This document shows, one piece after another, positions 18,008 through 26,505 of a stretch of DNA of 64,000 nucleotides; positions within the stretch are counted from its first letter, which is position 1, and every line of letters starts with the position of its first letter. The DNA comes from Candidatus Vogelbacteria bacterium (GTDB lineage Bacteria > Patescibacteriota > Minisyncoccia > Phycocordibacterales > XYD1-FULL-46-19). The notes below the pieces were generated by a model that ran no database searches, was not told the DNA's origin, and saw nothing but the letters and a program-made list of their open reading frames with translations. A program made the translations under genes and the position numbers. The DNA lies in the NCBI GenBank assembly GCA_903864935.1, contig CAIPHT010000015.1, positions 6,618 to 70,617 of the forward strand. Direction: 5' to 3'.

Positions 18008-18598
18008 CTATTTTAAGACTAAAATGATATCTTTTTCTGTTGTCTGATCTTTCAAAATATCACTATGGGCAACAGTCATACCCATTTGTGAAAATGACGG
18101 TTGGAAGCTGGACCATATGCCGCTTTCGTCAGGATATACCAGTATTACTTTGTCCATCAGGTCACCCCATTTCTTAAAAGCCTCTTGATATTGTTCAGAA
18201 CTTAATGAGTCAATTCCGCTTAGGGAATTAAATATTTTACCGGCAACATCTTGAATATCACGTGTTCTGAATTTGGGAATTCCCGGAAAGCCACCAGCTT
18301 CGAGTCTCTCTTTTTCGGCAAGACGAGCTCCTTCACTTATATAATCATCTCCAGATTCAATATCTTCATGGACTTTCGTCGTTAGACTACCGTCAAGGAC
18401 TTTCAAATTATTGACTGCAACCCCTGACAATTCAATTGCCCTTTCGATGTTTCCTCCGTGTAAATGTAGCCTAACTATATTAAAGCCTGCGACTGAAAGT
18501 TCTTGCTTTTCTATCTGACTTCCGTCTTCAGCTCCTTGTTTTCTTGACCCCTCACCCCCTAAGGTTTCTTTAGTTGTTTGTTGTTTAGGATTTTCCAT
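18008..18598 (-). CDS. hypothetical protein
   Basis: 196-aa open frame with ATG start. Confidence 0.6.
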   Translation of the reverse strand: MENPKQQTTKETLGGEGSRKQGAEDGSQIEKQELSVAGFNIVRLHLHGGNIERAIELSGVAVNNLKVLDGSLTTKVHEDIESGDDYISEGARLAEKERLEAGGFPGIPKFRTRDIQDVAGKIFNSLSGIDSLSSEQYQEAFKKWGDLMDKVILVYPDESGIWSSFQPSFSQMGMTVAHSDILKDQTTEKDIILVLK

Positions 18599-18691
18599 AT
18601 TATTTAAAATAATTACTAATATCTAAATTTTATAGGATAGTCCACTTATTGTCCATGTCGAAATTGGGGTGGGCTCGAGCTAGAATCTTTT

Positions 18692-18714
18692 TGTGCGCCA
18701 CTTAGTGGCGCACA
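18692..18714. repeat. 23-bp palindrome (ACTWAGT centre)
   Basis: TGTGCGCCACT-T-AGTGGCGCACA; compensatory variant of 17261-17283. Confidence 0.85.
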
Positions 18715-18772
18715 GCAGTAAGGGCTTGGTAGGGCTAGATTTTTAGCCAAATTCTTGCTAAATTGTACTAGT

Positions 18773-18814
18773 TATTGCCAGATCGTCCCTGGCCGGGCAG
18801 GCTAATGATGGGAC
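18773..18814 (+). pseudogene. degenerate 5' part of tRNA-Gln interrupted by a 15-nt hairpin
   Basis: TATTGCCAGATCGTC[CCTGGCCGGGCAGGC]TAATGATGGGAC vs intact TATTGCCGGATCATC-TAATGGTAGGAT. Confidence 0.6.
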
Positions 18815-18834
18815 ACATTGCGATAATAAAATAT

Positions 18835-18905
18835 TGCCGGATCATCTAATGGTAGGATTCACCCCTCTGGAGGGTGCTATCTTGGTTCGAGTCCAAGTCC
18901 GGCAG
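18835..18905 (+). tRNA. tRNA-Gln (CTG)
   Basis: TGCCGGA/TCCGGCA acceptor stem, CACCC-CTCTGGA-GGGTG, TTCGAGT T-loop. Confidence 0.93.
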
Positions 18906-18910
18906 CAGCC

Positions 18911-18967
18911 AATTTTTAACGAGCGAAGCGACTATAAAAATTGAGCTTCCCGAGCATTTGCGAGGGA
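18911..18967. repeat. two GAGC-Nn-GCGA hairpins upstream of GIY-YIG gene
   Basis: AATTTTTA-AC-GAGCGAAGCGAC-TA-TAAAAATT and TCCC-GAGCATTTGCGA-GGGA. Confidence 0.65.
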
Positions 18968-19006
18968 CAGGATTTTTCAATGAGCACATTTTGACGAATA
19001 AAATTT

Positions 19007-19255
19007 ATGTATTTTGTCTATATCCTTGAATGTGCCGACGAGACCCTCTATGTTGGTTGTACCAATAATTTGGACAAGAGGTTGGAGCAACACAACAATT
19101 CCAAATCGGGCGCTCACTATACTAAGATCAGACGACCGGTAAGCTTGAAATATAAAGAAGTTTTTGAGACACTGAAAGAGGCTCGGGCGAGAGAAGCAGA
19201 GCTAAAAACTTGGCGAAGAGAGAAAAAATTAAATTTGTGCCTAACTGGAAAATAA
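19007..19255 (+). CDS. GIY-YIG nuclease (UPF0213/YhbQ-like)
   Basis: [34 protein letters not shown]...ARAREAELK. Confidence 0.93.
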   Translation: MYFVYILECADETLYVGCTNNLDKRLEQHNNSKSGAHYTKIRRPVSLKYKEVFETLKEARAREAELKTWRREKKLNLCLTGK

Positions 19256-19266
19256 TATAAAAAATT

Positions 19267-19890
19267 ATGAAACTATTTCTTGCTTCATCTCTCGATAAGA
19301 CAGCTTCGTTATTAAAGCCATTTTTGCCGAAGACTAATTGTCGCGTGGCTTTTATTGCTAATGCTGCCGATATCTATAAAGGAGATAATTGGTGGATTGA
19401 GGCTGACAGGAAGGCTCTGAAGGAGATTTGTTGTGAGATTGTGGATGTCGATTTAAGACAAATGACCGAAGAGGGCTTCTCCGAGATTTTAAAAAATGTA
19501 GATGTCGTTCATTTCTGCGGGGGAAGTGTTCTTTATTTAATTGGGTTAATAAAAGAAAAGAAATTAAAAGATCTGATTGTTGATTTTGTAAAAAATGGCG
19601 GTCTGTATACTGGCACCAGCGCGGGTTCAATGATTGTCTCGGCTGATTTAATGTTGAGTACCGCCGATCCGGAGGAGAAGGACTATATCGAGACGGCGAA
19701 TATAAAAGAATATTCGGGGCTTGGCTTAGTTGATTTTCTTATCATTCCACACTGCAATAATCCCGAATTTGTCGCCGGTAACAAAGATTTGGTAGAATTG
19801 ATGCCTAAGACCAACAGGCCTCTTGTCTGGATATATGACAATCAGGTTGTTGTAGTGGAAGACAAAAGTTTTCAAATCATTAATACTTAA
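19267..19890 (+). CDS. peptidase S51 (dipeptidase E-like)
   Basis: FCGGS, YTGTSAGS, IIPH. Confidence 0.85.
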   Translation: MKLFLASSLDKTASLLKPFLPKTNCRVAFIANAADIYKGDNWWIEADRKALKEICCEIVDVDLRQMTEEGFSEILKNVDVVHFCGGSVLYLIGLIKEKKLKDLIVDFVKNGGLYTGTSAGSMIVSADLMLSTADPEEKDYIETANIKEYSGLGLVDFLIIPHCNNPEFVAGNKDLVELMPKTNRPLVWIYDNQVVVVEDKSFQIINT

Positions 19891-19896
19891 AGTAGC

Positions 19897-20253
19897 ATGT
19901 TTATTAAGAAGACATATTTGGATAAATCGGCAATTCAGGGCATAGGGTTGTTTAGTGGAGAAGAAATTAAAAAGGGTGAACTGGTTTATAAACATTCGCC
20001 CAAGCTCCAGCAGGTTTTGACTCCCGAAGAATTAAATCTACTTGAGGAGGATGAGAAAAAAACTTTTACCCATTATGGATATCTCTGGGAAGGGAAATGG
20101 TATTTAGATTTTGATGATATAAGGTTTCTTAACCATGCTGACGAACCCAGCCTTGCTCTGACCCAAGAAGGTATTGTTGCCACGAGAGATATTGCCAAAG
20201 GGGAAGAATTAACTCAAGATTATAAAGACTTCGAAGATAAAATTAGATTTTAA
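19897..20253 (+). CDS. SET domain protein
   Basis: SAIQGIGLF, RFLNHADEP, DIAKGEELTQDY. Confidence 0.9.
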   Translation: MFIKKTYLDKSAIQGIGLFSGEEIKKGELVYKHSPKLQQVLTPEELNLLEEDEKKTFTHYGYLWEGKWYLDFDDIRFLNHADEPSLALTQEGIVATRDIAKGEELTQDYKDFEDKIRF

Positions 20254-20300
20254 AATTTTAGCCTGGAACGACTATTCTCATCTGGGATAAAACAAAAATC

Positions 20301-20319
20301 TAGTGTATACTGGACACGA
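20301..20319. promoter_or_regulatory. NrtR box (autoregulatory)
   Basis: TAGTGT-N7-ACACGA immediately before nrtR. Confidence 0.75.
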
Positions 20320-20325
20320 TAATTT

Positions 20326-20991
20326 ATGAAAGATAAAAAAGATAATAATCCAATCCCCCAAGAGATACGTTTTGCCGCTTTAGCGGTGGATATTGTTTGC
20401 TTCCGCGTTGCCGACGGGGATTTAGAAGTTCTCTTGGGAAAAGTCGCCACCGATAATAATAAATACAAGGGCTGGTGGGCTCATGTCGGGGGACTGGTCC
20501 AGATAGACGAGACAGCCGAACAAGCCGTTGATCGGTTATTGTCTGATAAGGCTGGTATTAACAAAATATACAAGGAACAACTTTATACCTTCAGCGCTAT
20601 CAATCGCGACCCCCGTGGCCGGGTTGTCTCGGTTGCCTACATTGCTCTAACTGACGGGACAAATACTCAAGACTTGGCCAAGGCTCGTGTCGAGACGGTG
20701 TGGAAGAGGGTGGGGAGCTTGCCCAAACTTGCCTATGATCACGACGAGATAATAAGAGTGGCCATTGAGCGTTTGCGATCTAAGATTATGTATACCGATA
20801 TTGCCCGCTATTTCATGCCTAAAGAGTTCACATTGTCTGAATTGCAAAAAGTCTATGAGGCCGTCACGGGGGAGGGGGTTGATAAAAGAAATTTTAGAAA
20901 GAGGATAATTGCTCTCGGTATTTTGAAGGATACCAGACGAACTATTAAGAAGGGGGTGATGCGACCAGCCTCCCTTTATACCTTTAAATAG
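20326..20991 (+). CDS. nrtR: NrtR Nudix-related transcriptional regulator
   Basis: Degenerate Nudix (GGLV..DET, QLYTF...RDPRGRVVSVAY, LAYDH) plus wHTH (FTLSELQKVYE..DKRNFRKR..RPASLY). Confidence 0.92.
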   Translation: MKDKKDNNPIPQEIRFAALAVDIVCFRVADGDLEVLLGKVATDNNKYKGWWAHVGGLVQIDETAEQAVDRLLSDKAGINKIYKEQLYTFSAINRDPRGRVVSVAYIALTDGTNTQDLAKARVETVWKRVGSLPKLAYDHDEIIRVAIERLRSKIMYTDIARYFMPKEFTLSELQKVYEAVTGEGVDKRNFRKRIIALGILKDTRRTIKKGVMRPASLYTFK

Positions 20992-21046
20992 CAACGTATT
21001 TTCGTCTTTTGCTGTCTTAAACTAGGCCCCTAATCGGGGTTTTATT

Positions 21047-21100
21047 TAGTGTACACTTGACACCAAATATCCCCTCGTATATAGTGTACTCAGAACACTA
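21047..21100. promoter_or_regulatory. nadV promoter with two NrtR boxes
   Basis: TAGTGT-N7-ACACCA (21047-65) and TAGTGT-N7-ACACTA (21082-100) overlap TTGACA-17-TATAGT (21057-85). Confidence 0.85.
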
Positions 21101-21155
21101 GGTACACTTCGTACCTCAAATTTGGTCCTTTACAACTCACACAGGAGATACAGCC

Positions 21156-22565
21156 ATGTTGAAGAACATCTTGCTCATGACGGATTCCTACAAGGTTTCC
21201 CACTACCGCCAGTACCCGAAGGGTACCACCAAGATCTATTCGTATCTCGAGGCCCGCAAGGGTGGCGAGTACGCCGAAGTTATGTTCTTCGGTTTGCAAT
21301 ATCTGATCAAGCGTTATCTGTTGGGACAAGTTGTTACCCAGCAGAAGATTGATCAGGCCGAAGCCCTCTTCACGGCACACTTCGGTGATGCCAGCCTCTT
21401 CAATCGTGCTGGCTGGGAACACATTCTCAATGAGCACGACGGCAAGTTGCCGGTCGAGATCAAAGCGGTGCCCGAGGGAATGATTGTTCCCGAAGGCAAT
21501 GTGCTCTTGACCATCGAGAACACCTGCCCGGATTGTTACTGGCTGGTGAACTACCTCGAGACGCTCTTGGTGCAGGTCTGGTATAGTTGCACCACGGGCA
21601 CCATCTCGCGCGAGATGAAGAAGCTCATCAAGAACGCGCTGGTGAAGTCGGGAACCGACACTCCAGAGAACCTGGCGTTCAAGCTCCATGACTTCGGCTA
21701 TCGTGGTGTCAGCTCTTCGGAGTCGGCAGCTATCGGTGGCGCGGCCCATTTGGTCAACTTCATGGGTACCGACACTCTCGCAGCAATCGAAATGCTCATG
21801 GAGTACTACGGTGCGACGATGCCGGGCTTCAGTATCCCGGCGGCCGAGCACTCGACGATCACGACCTGGGGCGAAGAAGGGGAAGAGGCGGCATATCGCA
21901 ATATGCTTGACCAATATCCCACCGGCCTTGTCGCTGTGGTCTCGGATTCTTGGGATATCCGCAATGCGGTGGAGAACATTTGGGGCGATCGTCTTCGCAA
22001 CAAAATCATCTTCCGTGATGGGGTCCTCATTATCCGGCCTGACTCGGGCGATCCCATCAAGATCTTGCCCGAACTCTTCGAGAGTATCGGACGACGTTTT
22101 GGCACCACTACGAACGAGAAGGGTTACAAGGAGCTCCACAAGAAAGTTCGGGTCATTCAGGGCGACGGCATCAATCGCCGCAGCTTGGGAAAAATTCTCG
22201 ACGCACTGATGGAGCACGGTTGGTCGGTCGATGGCATTGCCTTCGGCTCTGGTGGTGGATTGTTGCAGAATTGCGATCGTGACACTCAACGTTTTGCGAT
22301 GAAGTGCTCCTACGCTGAAGTGAACGGTGTTGGGCGGGATGTCTACAAGCAGCCCGCCACCGACAAGACCAAGAACAGCAAACGGGGCCGGCTGATGCTC
22401 GTGGAGAACGCGATATTCGAGACCACTCACGGTTCGAGGTTCGCGACTTTACCCGAAGGCACCAAGGGCTTCACTGACATTCTCGTGACAGTCTTCAGAG
22501 ACGGCGAGTTGCTCTGTGATCAGACTCTTGATGAGATTCGGGTCAGGGCGGCGATCGCCTCCTGA
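21156..22565 (+). CDS. nadV: nicotinamide phosphoribosyltransferase (NAMPT)
   Basis: TDSYKVSH, LHDFGYRG, SIPAAEHST, VVSDSWD, IRPDSGDP, IQGDG, FGSGGGLLQ, KNSKRGR. Confidence 0.95.
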   Translation: MLKNILLMTDSYKVSHYRQYPKGTTKIYSYLEARKGGEYAEVMFFGLQYLIKRYLLGQVVTQQKIDQAEALFTAHFGDASLFNRAGWEHILNEHDGKLPVEIKAVPEGMIVPEGNVLLTIENTCPDCYWLVNYLETLLVQVWYSCTTGTISREMKKLIKNALVKSGTDTPENLAFKLHDFGYRGVSSSESAAIGGAAHLVNFMGTDTLAAIEMLMEYYGATMPGFSIPAAEHSTITTWGEEGEEAAYRNMLDQYPTGLVAVVSDSWDIRNAVENIWGDRLRNKIIFRDGVLIIRPDSGDPIKILPELFESIGRRFGTTTNEKGYKELHKKVRVIQGDGINRRSLGKILDALMEHGWSVDGIAFGSGGGLLQNCDRDTQRFAMKCSYAEVNGVGRDVYKQPATDKTKNSKRGRLMLVENAIFETTHGSRFATLPEGTKGFTDILVTVFRDGELLCDQTLDEIRVRAAIAS

Positions 22566-22586
22566 CGCAAGAGTTACAACCACAAC

Positions 22587-22620
22587 GAGCCTCCGTATCC
22601 GACTTTGGGTGCGGAGGCTC
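22587..22620 (+). other. intra-operon hairpin
   Basis: GAGCCTCCGTATCC...GGGTGCGGAGGCTC with no U tract. Confidence 0.55.
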
Positions 22621-22643
22621 AACTTATCTAAGGAAAAACCATC

Positions 22644-23357
22644 ATGAAAATAAGAATCAGAGATTATGAAGTTCCCGTTAGGGGTAAGAGCGTTCGCCTG
22701 GCGATTAAGTCTCACCTCTTCAAAAAGTGGATTGAGTCCCTCGACCCTCTCTTCATTGTTGTCGGTATTGAGATCCAATCTGTCGACACGGTGAAGCGCA
22801 AGGGGGAAGAGAAGGTTCTCTTTCTCAAGTTGAAGGCTGAGATTACTGACAAAACGGGACGGATTTACCCAGGAATCTTTTTTCTCCGGGGAGACTCCGT
22901 CGCCATTCTTGTCATTCTTGAGACGCCAGAGAAAAAATACGTCGTGGTCATCGAGAGTCATCTCCCTTCTATCGGCAAGAGGAATTCTCTTCAATTGCCA
23001 GCAGGGATGATGGATACCGAGACTGATGCTCTGCAAGTGGCCCTACGAGAGATGGAGGAGGAGACGGGTCTTAATCCGGCCCTTGGCCAGATGATTCATC
23101 TTGGTCACATCTATCCCTCTCCCGGTGCCTGTGACGAAGCGATCCATCTTTTTCTCTTTGAGGCAAAGATGAGTGAAGCTGAGGTCATGCTACTCCAAGG
23201 CACGACAACGGGTCTTGCGGAGGAAGGAGAACACCTTGTCGTTAAATTGGTGGAGCTCGACGAGCTTTGCCCCAAAACTCAAGACCCGAAGGCTCATTCA
23301 GCGCATATGCTATATTGTGCCTTGAAAATGAAAGGGAATTACCATGAAAACGATTGA
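22644..23357 (+). CDS. Nudix hydrolase, ADP-ribose/ADP-sugar pyrophosphatase-like
   Basis: Nudix box LPAGMMD...ALREMEEETG, YPSPGACDE; N-terminus resembles the plant NUDX14 type. Confidence 0.85.
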   Translation: MKIRIRDYEVPVRGKSVRLAIKSHLFKKWIESLDPLFIVVGIEIQSVDTVKRKGEEKVLFLKLKAEITDKTGRIYPGIFFLRGDSVAILVILETPEKKYVVVIESHLPSIGKRNSLQLPAGMMDTETDALQVALREMEEETGLNPALGQMIHLGHIYPSPGACDEAIHLFLFEAKMSEAEVMLLQGTTTGLAEEGEHLVVKLVELDELCPKTQDPKAHSAHMLYCALKMKGNYHEND

Positions 23358-24477
23358 AGACAAAATTGCCGCTTTGCATGCCGGGAGGCTGAAGGTCTGC
23401 CTTGTTTGCACCGGAGCGGGAGCTGGCACTCAGAACCTGATTGCTCAAGTTCCCGGTGCCTCGAACACTTTGCTCGAATGTCTCTTCCCCTACAGTAAGG
23501 AATCACTGGCCGACTTTCTCGGTGCCGAGCCGGAGAAGTTTGCCTCTGAAGAAACAGCCATGAAGATGGCGGCCAGGGCCTGGCGAAGGGGGCAAGAACT
23601 CGTGGTGAGACAAGGTGGAGACGTTAGAGACGTTGTTGGCTTGGCCGTAACAGCGGTTATTGCCACCAATCGATCACTGCGTGGTGAGCACCGAGTCTTC
23701 ATTGCGGCCCGTACGGCCGGGGGATTCTTCGTCTCTCACGCTGGCTTCGCCAAAGGGGAAGACGGTCTCTCTGTTCTTGGCCGCAAGCGAGAAGGAGAAC
23801 TCTGCGATATCCTCACTCTCAACATGCTTCTCTACTTAGCGGGCATTGAGCCGGTAAACGTCCCAGAGGATGTGACCCTCTCTCCTCGTCAGGTGGAATA
23901 TCGGTTAGAGATTGACGAAGCGAAGTATTGTTTTGTTGAAGTTGATGGAACTCCGGCCGAGCTCTCCTCCCTCGATCCGAGCAAGCACGTTCTCTTTCCT
24001 GGTTCCTTCCGCCCGCTTCACTTTGGTCACGAGAAAATCGCCACTGAGGTGGAGAGTCTGGCTGGCAAGAAAGTTGTCTACATGATCACTAATTGTCACC
24101 CAGACAAAGGTGAAATCGAACGAGAAGAATTGCTCGGGCGCCTTGACCAGTTCAGATACGTGGCACCGGTTCTGGTGACGAACGATCTCAGCCTCTGCCT
24201 CGACAAGGCTAGAGCCTTCCCCGGCTTCAGCTTCATCATTGGCGCCGACACACTCAAGCGACTTCTTGACCCGAAGTATTACACGACAACGGTAGAGGAG
24301 GTTCTGGATGAGCTTCAACAACTTGGTGTTCACTTCTATGTTGCTGGTCGGCATGAGGGAGGTGAGGTAGTAGATCTGGAGACTCTGAGGGATATCATCC
24401 CGACACCGTTCTGGGGCTTGTTTACCCAGTTGGCCACTGTCATCCAAGTATCTTCTACTGATATACGAGGGGTGTGA
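23344..24477 (+). CDS. CinA/PncC-like domain fused to HxGH nucleotidyltransferase (candidate NMN adenylyltransferase)
   Basis: CTGAG...VPGAS...PYS...ASEETAMKMA...GLAVTA; FPGSFRPLHFGH, FIIGADT, VSSTDIR. Confidence 0.78.
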   Translation: MKTIEDKIAALHAGRLKVCLVCTGAGAGTQNLIAQVPGASNTLLECLFPYSKESLADFLGAEPEKFASEETAMKMAARAWRRGQELVVRQGGDVRDVVGLAVTAVIATNRSLRGEHRVFIAARTAGGFFVSHAGFAKGEDGLSVLGRKREGELCDILTLNMLLYLAGIEPVNVPEDVTLSPRQVEYRLEIDEAKYCFVEVDGTPAELSSLDPSKHVLFPGSFRPLHFGHEKIATEVESLAGKKVVYMITNCHPDKGEIEREELLGRLDQFRYVAPVLVTNDLSLCLDKARAFPGFSFIIGADTLKRLLDPKYYTTTVEEVLDELQQLGVHFYVAGRHEGGEVVDLETLRDIIPTPFWGLFTQLATVIQVSSTDIRGV

Positions 24478-24495
24478 GTTGAGAACACTAAAATC

Positions 24496-24535
24496 ACGGG
24501 TTGCGCCTACATATAGGCGCAACCCGTTTTCTTTT
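24496..24535 (+). terminator. intrinsic terminator of the NAD operon
   Basis: ACGGGTTGCGCCTA/TAGGCGCAACCCGT followed by a T run. Confidence 0.8.
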
Positions 24536-24565
24536 GGTATAATTCTATATATAAGATATTAATTT

Positions 24566-24955
24566 ATGAACCTCTCACAAGAACAAAGCATTGAATCCGA
24601 AAACCAGATTGAACAACGTCTCTTACTGGTGGCAAAAAATTTAATTTCAAATTTTGACCAAACGCTTGAGGCTATGGGCTATATTGAGGGTGCGGGCTGG
24701 TTAGAGAGGCAACGTGACATTCTGACTAATCAGAAAGAAGTCTCTTTGCCAACGAGTGTTGCTGGAGCGCAGAAATTTCTCGAAGAGAGGGCTGAGGACG
24801 AAGAAAGTTTTGGTCCGGATTCTTATTGTGTCTACGGTCAGGGCGGCTTCCATCGTTATTGGGTTATGTCAGACGGGGAAGTAATTTTTGACTCTTATTA
24901 CGCTCAGGGTCAGGAGATCGAAAAAGCGAAACGGGTCGGTTTTAAAATAAGATAA
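24566..24955 (+). CDS. hypothetical protein
   Basis: ORF with ATG start, acidic. Confidence 0.55.
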   Translation: MNLSQEQSIESENQIEQRLLLVAKNLISNFDQTLEAMGYIEGAGWLERQRDILTNQKEVSLPTSVAGAQKFLEERAEDEESFGPDSYCVYGQGGFHRYWVMSDGEVIFDSYYAQGQEIEKAKRVGFKIR

Positions 24956-24974
24956 TATTCTATATAATCATAGT

Positions 24975-25412
24975 ATGAATGAATCAATGAATTTTGGCTC
25001 GGGACAGGAGAATCAAGAGGAAGAGGATAATGCGCGTTGTGCTGATTATCTGGAAAGACATCCAACTCCGGTTTTTGTTCAATTAGAGAGTTCCCCTGAT
25101 TTTGAAAGTCTTGTTGCCGATTTCGAGAAAAAGCACTCACTGGATGAATTGCTGGAGATTGGTCAACTTAGTGCCGGGCTTTTTGGTATGTTTTCTAAAG
25201 ATCGAGATGTCCCAGAAGAAACGATAGAATGGCTGGTTAGCGCCTTATCACCAGAAGATGCTCAAAGGTACCGGGCAAGGACATCGGCCAAGCAAGACCT
25301 TAAGCCAATTGTTGAAGCTCTGAAGTCTCATTCTAGCGGTCGCGAAGCCTATATGAAGTTGTCACGAGCGGTTGGTATGATAAGTGGGAATGAGGTTGTT
25401 CATGATCGGTAA
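24975..25412 (+). CDS. hypothetical protein
   Basis: ORF with TATAAT 6 nt before ATG. Confidence 0.55.
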   Translation: MNESMNFGSGQENQEEEDNARCADYLERHPTPVFVQLESSPDFESLVADFEKKHSLDELLEIGQLSAGLFGMFSKDRDVPEETIEWLVSALSPEDAQRYRARTSAKQDLKPIVEALKSHSSGREAYMKLSRAVGMISGNEVVHDR

Positions 25413-25469
25413 GAATTCAAAGGGAAGTAATTATCTGCCGGTAATGACCAGGCCCAGTAGAATATATTA

Positions 25470-25970
25470 ATGTTGGATTTAATTTTTAGATCAGAATCTC
25501 CACAACTTGAGAAAGAGGCTCAGGAGTATATAGATATTTGGAGTCAGCAAGGAGAAAATATTTTGGGCGTTCTTGAGAAGGTCTCCGGTCTTGAATTTAA
25601 ACAAAAGAAGATTGAGGTTCTCGTCTACGAAGGCCCCAGCTCTTCTGGGGGGCCGGAGATTCCAATGAAATTGCGTGCCAGCTACAGCAAGGAGGTCAAA
25701 ATGGGCACCTTGGTCCATGAGCTTGGACATCGCCTACTTGAATCCCTGTCTTCTCGACCCGAAGGACTTGACGAACATCAGACCTTGAACCTTTTTCTTT
25801 ATGATTCTTGGTTTGAGCTATTTGGTAAAAATTTTGCCGATATGATGGTTGGGGTTGAGAGTGAGAGAAAGGGAATTTACGATTACAAAAAAGCTTGGGA
25901 CTGGTTTTTGTCCTTGTCTAAAGATGATGGCAGTTCTTTGCGGATAAAATTATCTGATAAAAATAAATAA
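25470..25970 (+). CDS. HExxH zincin-like protein
   Basis: TLVHELGHRLL. Confidence 0.6.
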   Translation: MLDLIFRSESPQLEKEAQEYIDIWSQQGENILGVLEKVSGLEFKQKKIEVLVYEGPSSSGGPEIPMKLRASYSKEVKMGTLVHELGHRLLESLSSRPEGLDEHQTLNLFLYDSWFELFGKNFADMMVGVESERKGIYDYKKAWDWFLSLSKDDGSSLRIKLSDKNK

Positions 25971-25974
25971 AACA

Positions 25975-26496
25975 ATGAACTCATCACACGAAAAAATTCT
26001 TGAATCGGACCCCAAGTGGGCCGAGGCTTATGCCGAGGAGGCAGAAAAACTCAGGCCGGTCTTTGGTGAGTCTTTGGTTGAGATTGAACATATTGGTAGC
26101 ACTTCCATACCGGGCCTCGCTGCGAAGCCAATCGTTGATATTGCGGTCTTGATTAAGAATCACGAAGAGGCCGATAATTTTATCGAGCCCCTCCTTGCTC
26201 TTGGTTACAAGTTTGACCGAGAGATGCACGAGAAAACTGAATTTCCTGAGCGCCACTTCTTTCGCAAAAGTGAGCCGACTCAATTTCATTTATCTATTGC
26301 TTATGCTGACAAGGCAAAATTCTGGCCCAGGCAAATTCTCTTCCGTGATTACTTACGCTCTCACCCTGAAGACCGAGACCGTTATGGGGAGTTAAAGAAA
26401 AAACTACTCGAAGCCGACCCTACCGGTGTGGGTTCTTATATCTCTGGCAAGACTGAATTTGTACAAGAAATTCTTAATAAGGCGGGGTTTAACTAA
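25975..26496 (+). CDS. GrpB/UPF0157 family nucleotidyltransferase-like protein
   Basis: IEHIGSTSIPGLAAKPIVDI, FRDYLRSHP, Y..GKTEF. Confidence 0.9.
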   Translation: MNSSHEKILESDPKWAEAYAEEAEKLRPVFGESLVEIEHIGSTSIPGLAAKPIVDIAVLIKNHEEADNFIEPLLALGYKFDREMHEKTEFPERHFFRKSEPTQFHLSIAYADKAKFWPRQILFRDYLRSHPEDRDRYGELKKKLLEADPTGVGSYISGKTEFVQEILNKAGFN

Positions 26497-26505
26497 AAAA
26501 TAATC

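Noticed and set aside
21090-22430. 446-aa antisense ORF over nadV and similar shadow ORFs (e.g. 1509-2099, 22449-23036, 23905-24522, 63434-63976)
   Set aside because: They lie opposite well-supported genes, lack recognisable motifs, and are expected from codon bias.
24470-24492. Possible fourth NrtR box (GTGT...AGAACACTA)
   Set aside because: Spacing does not fit GT-N7-AC, and it lies at the operon end before the terminator.
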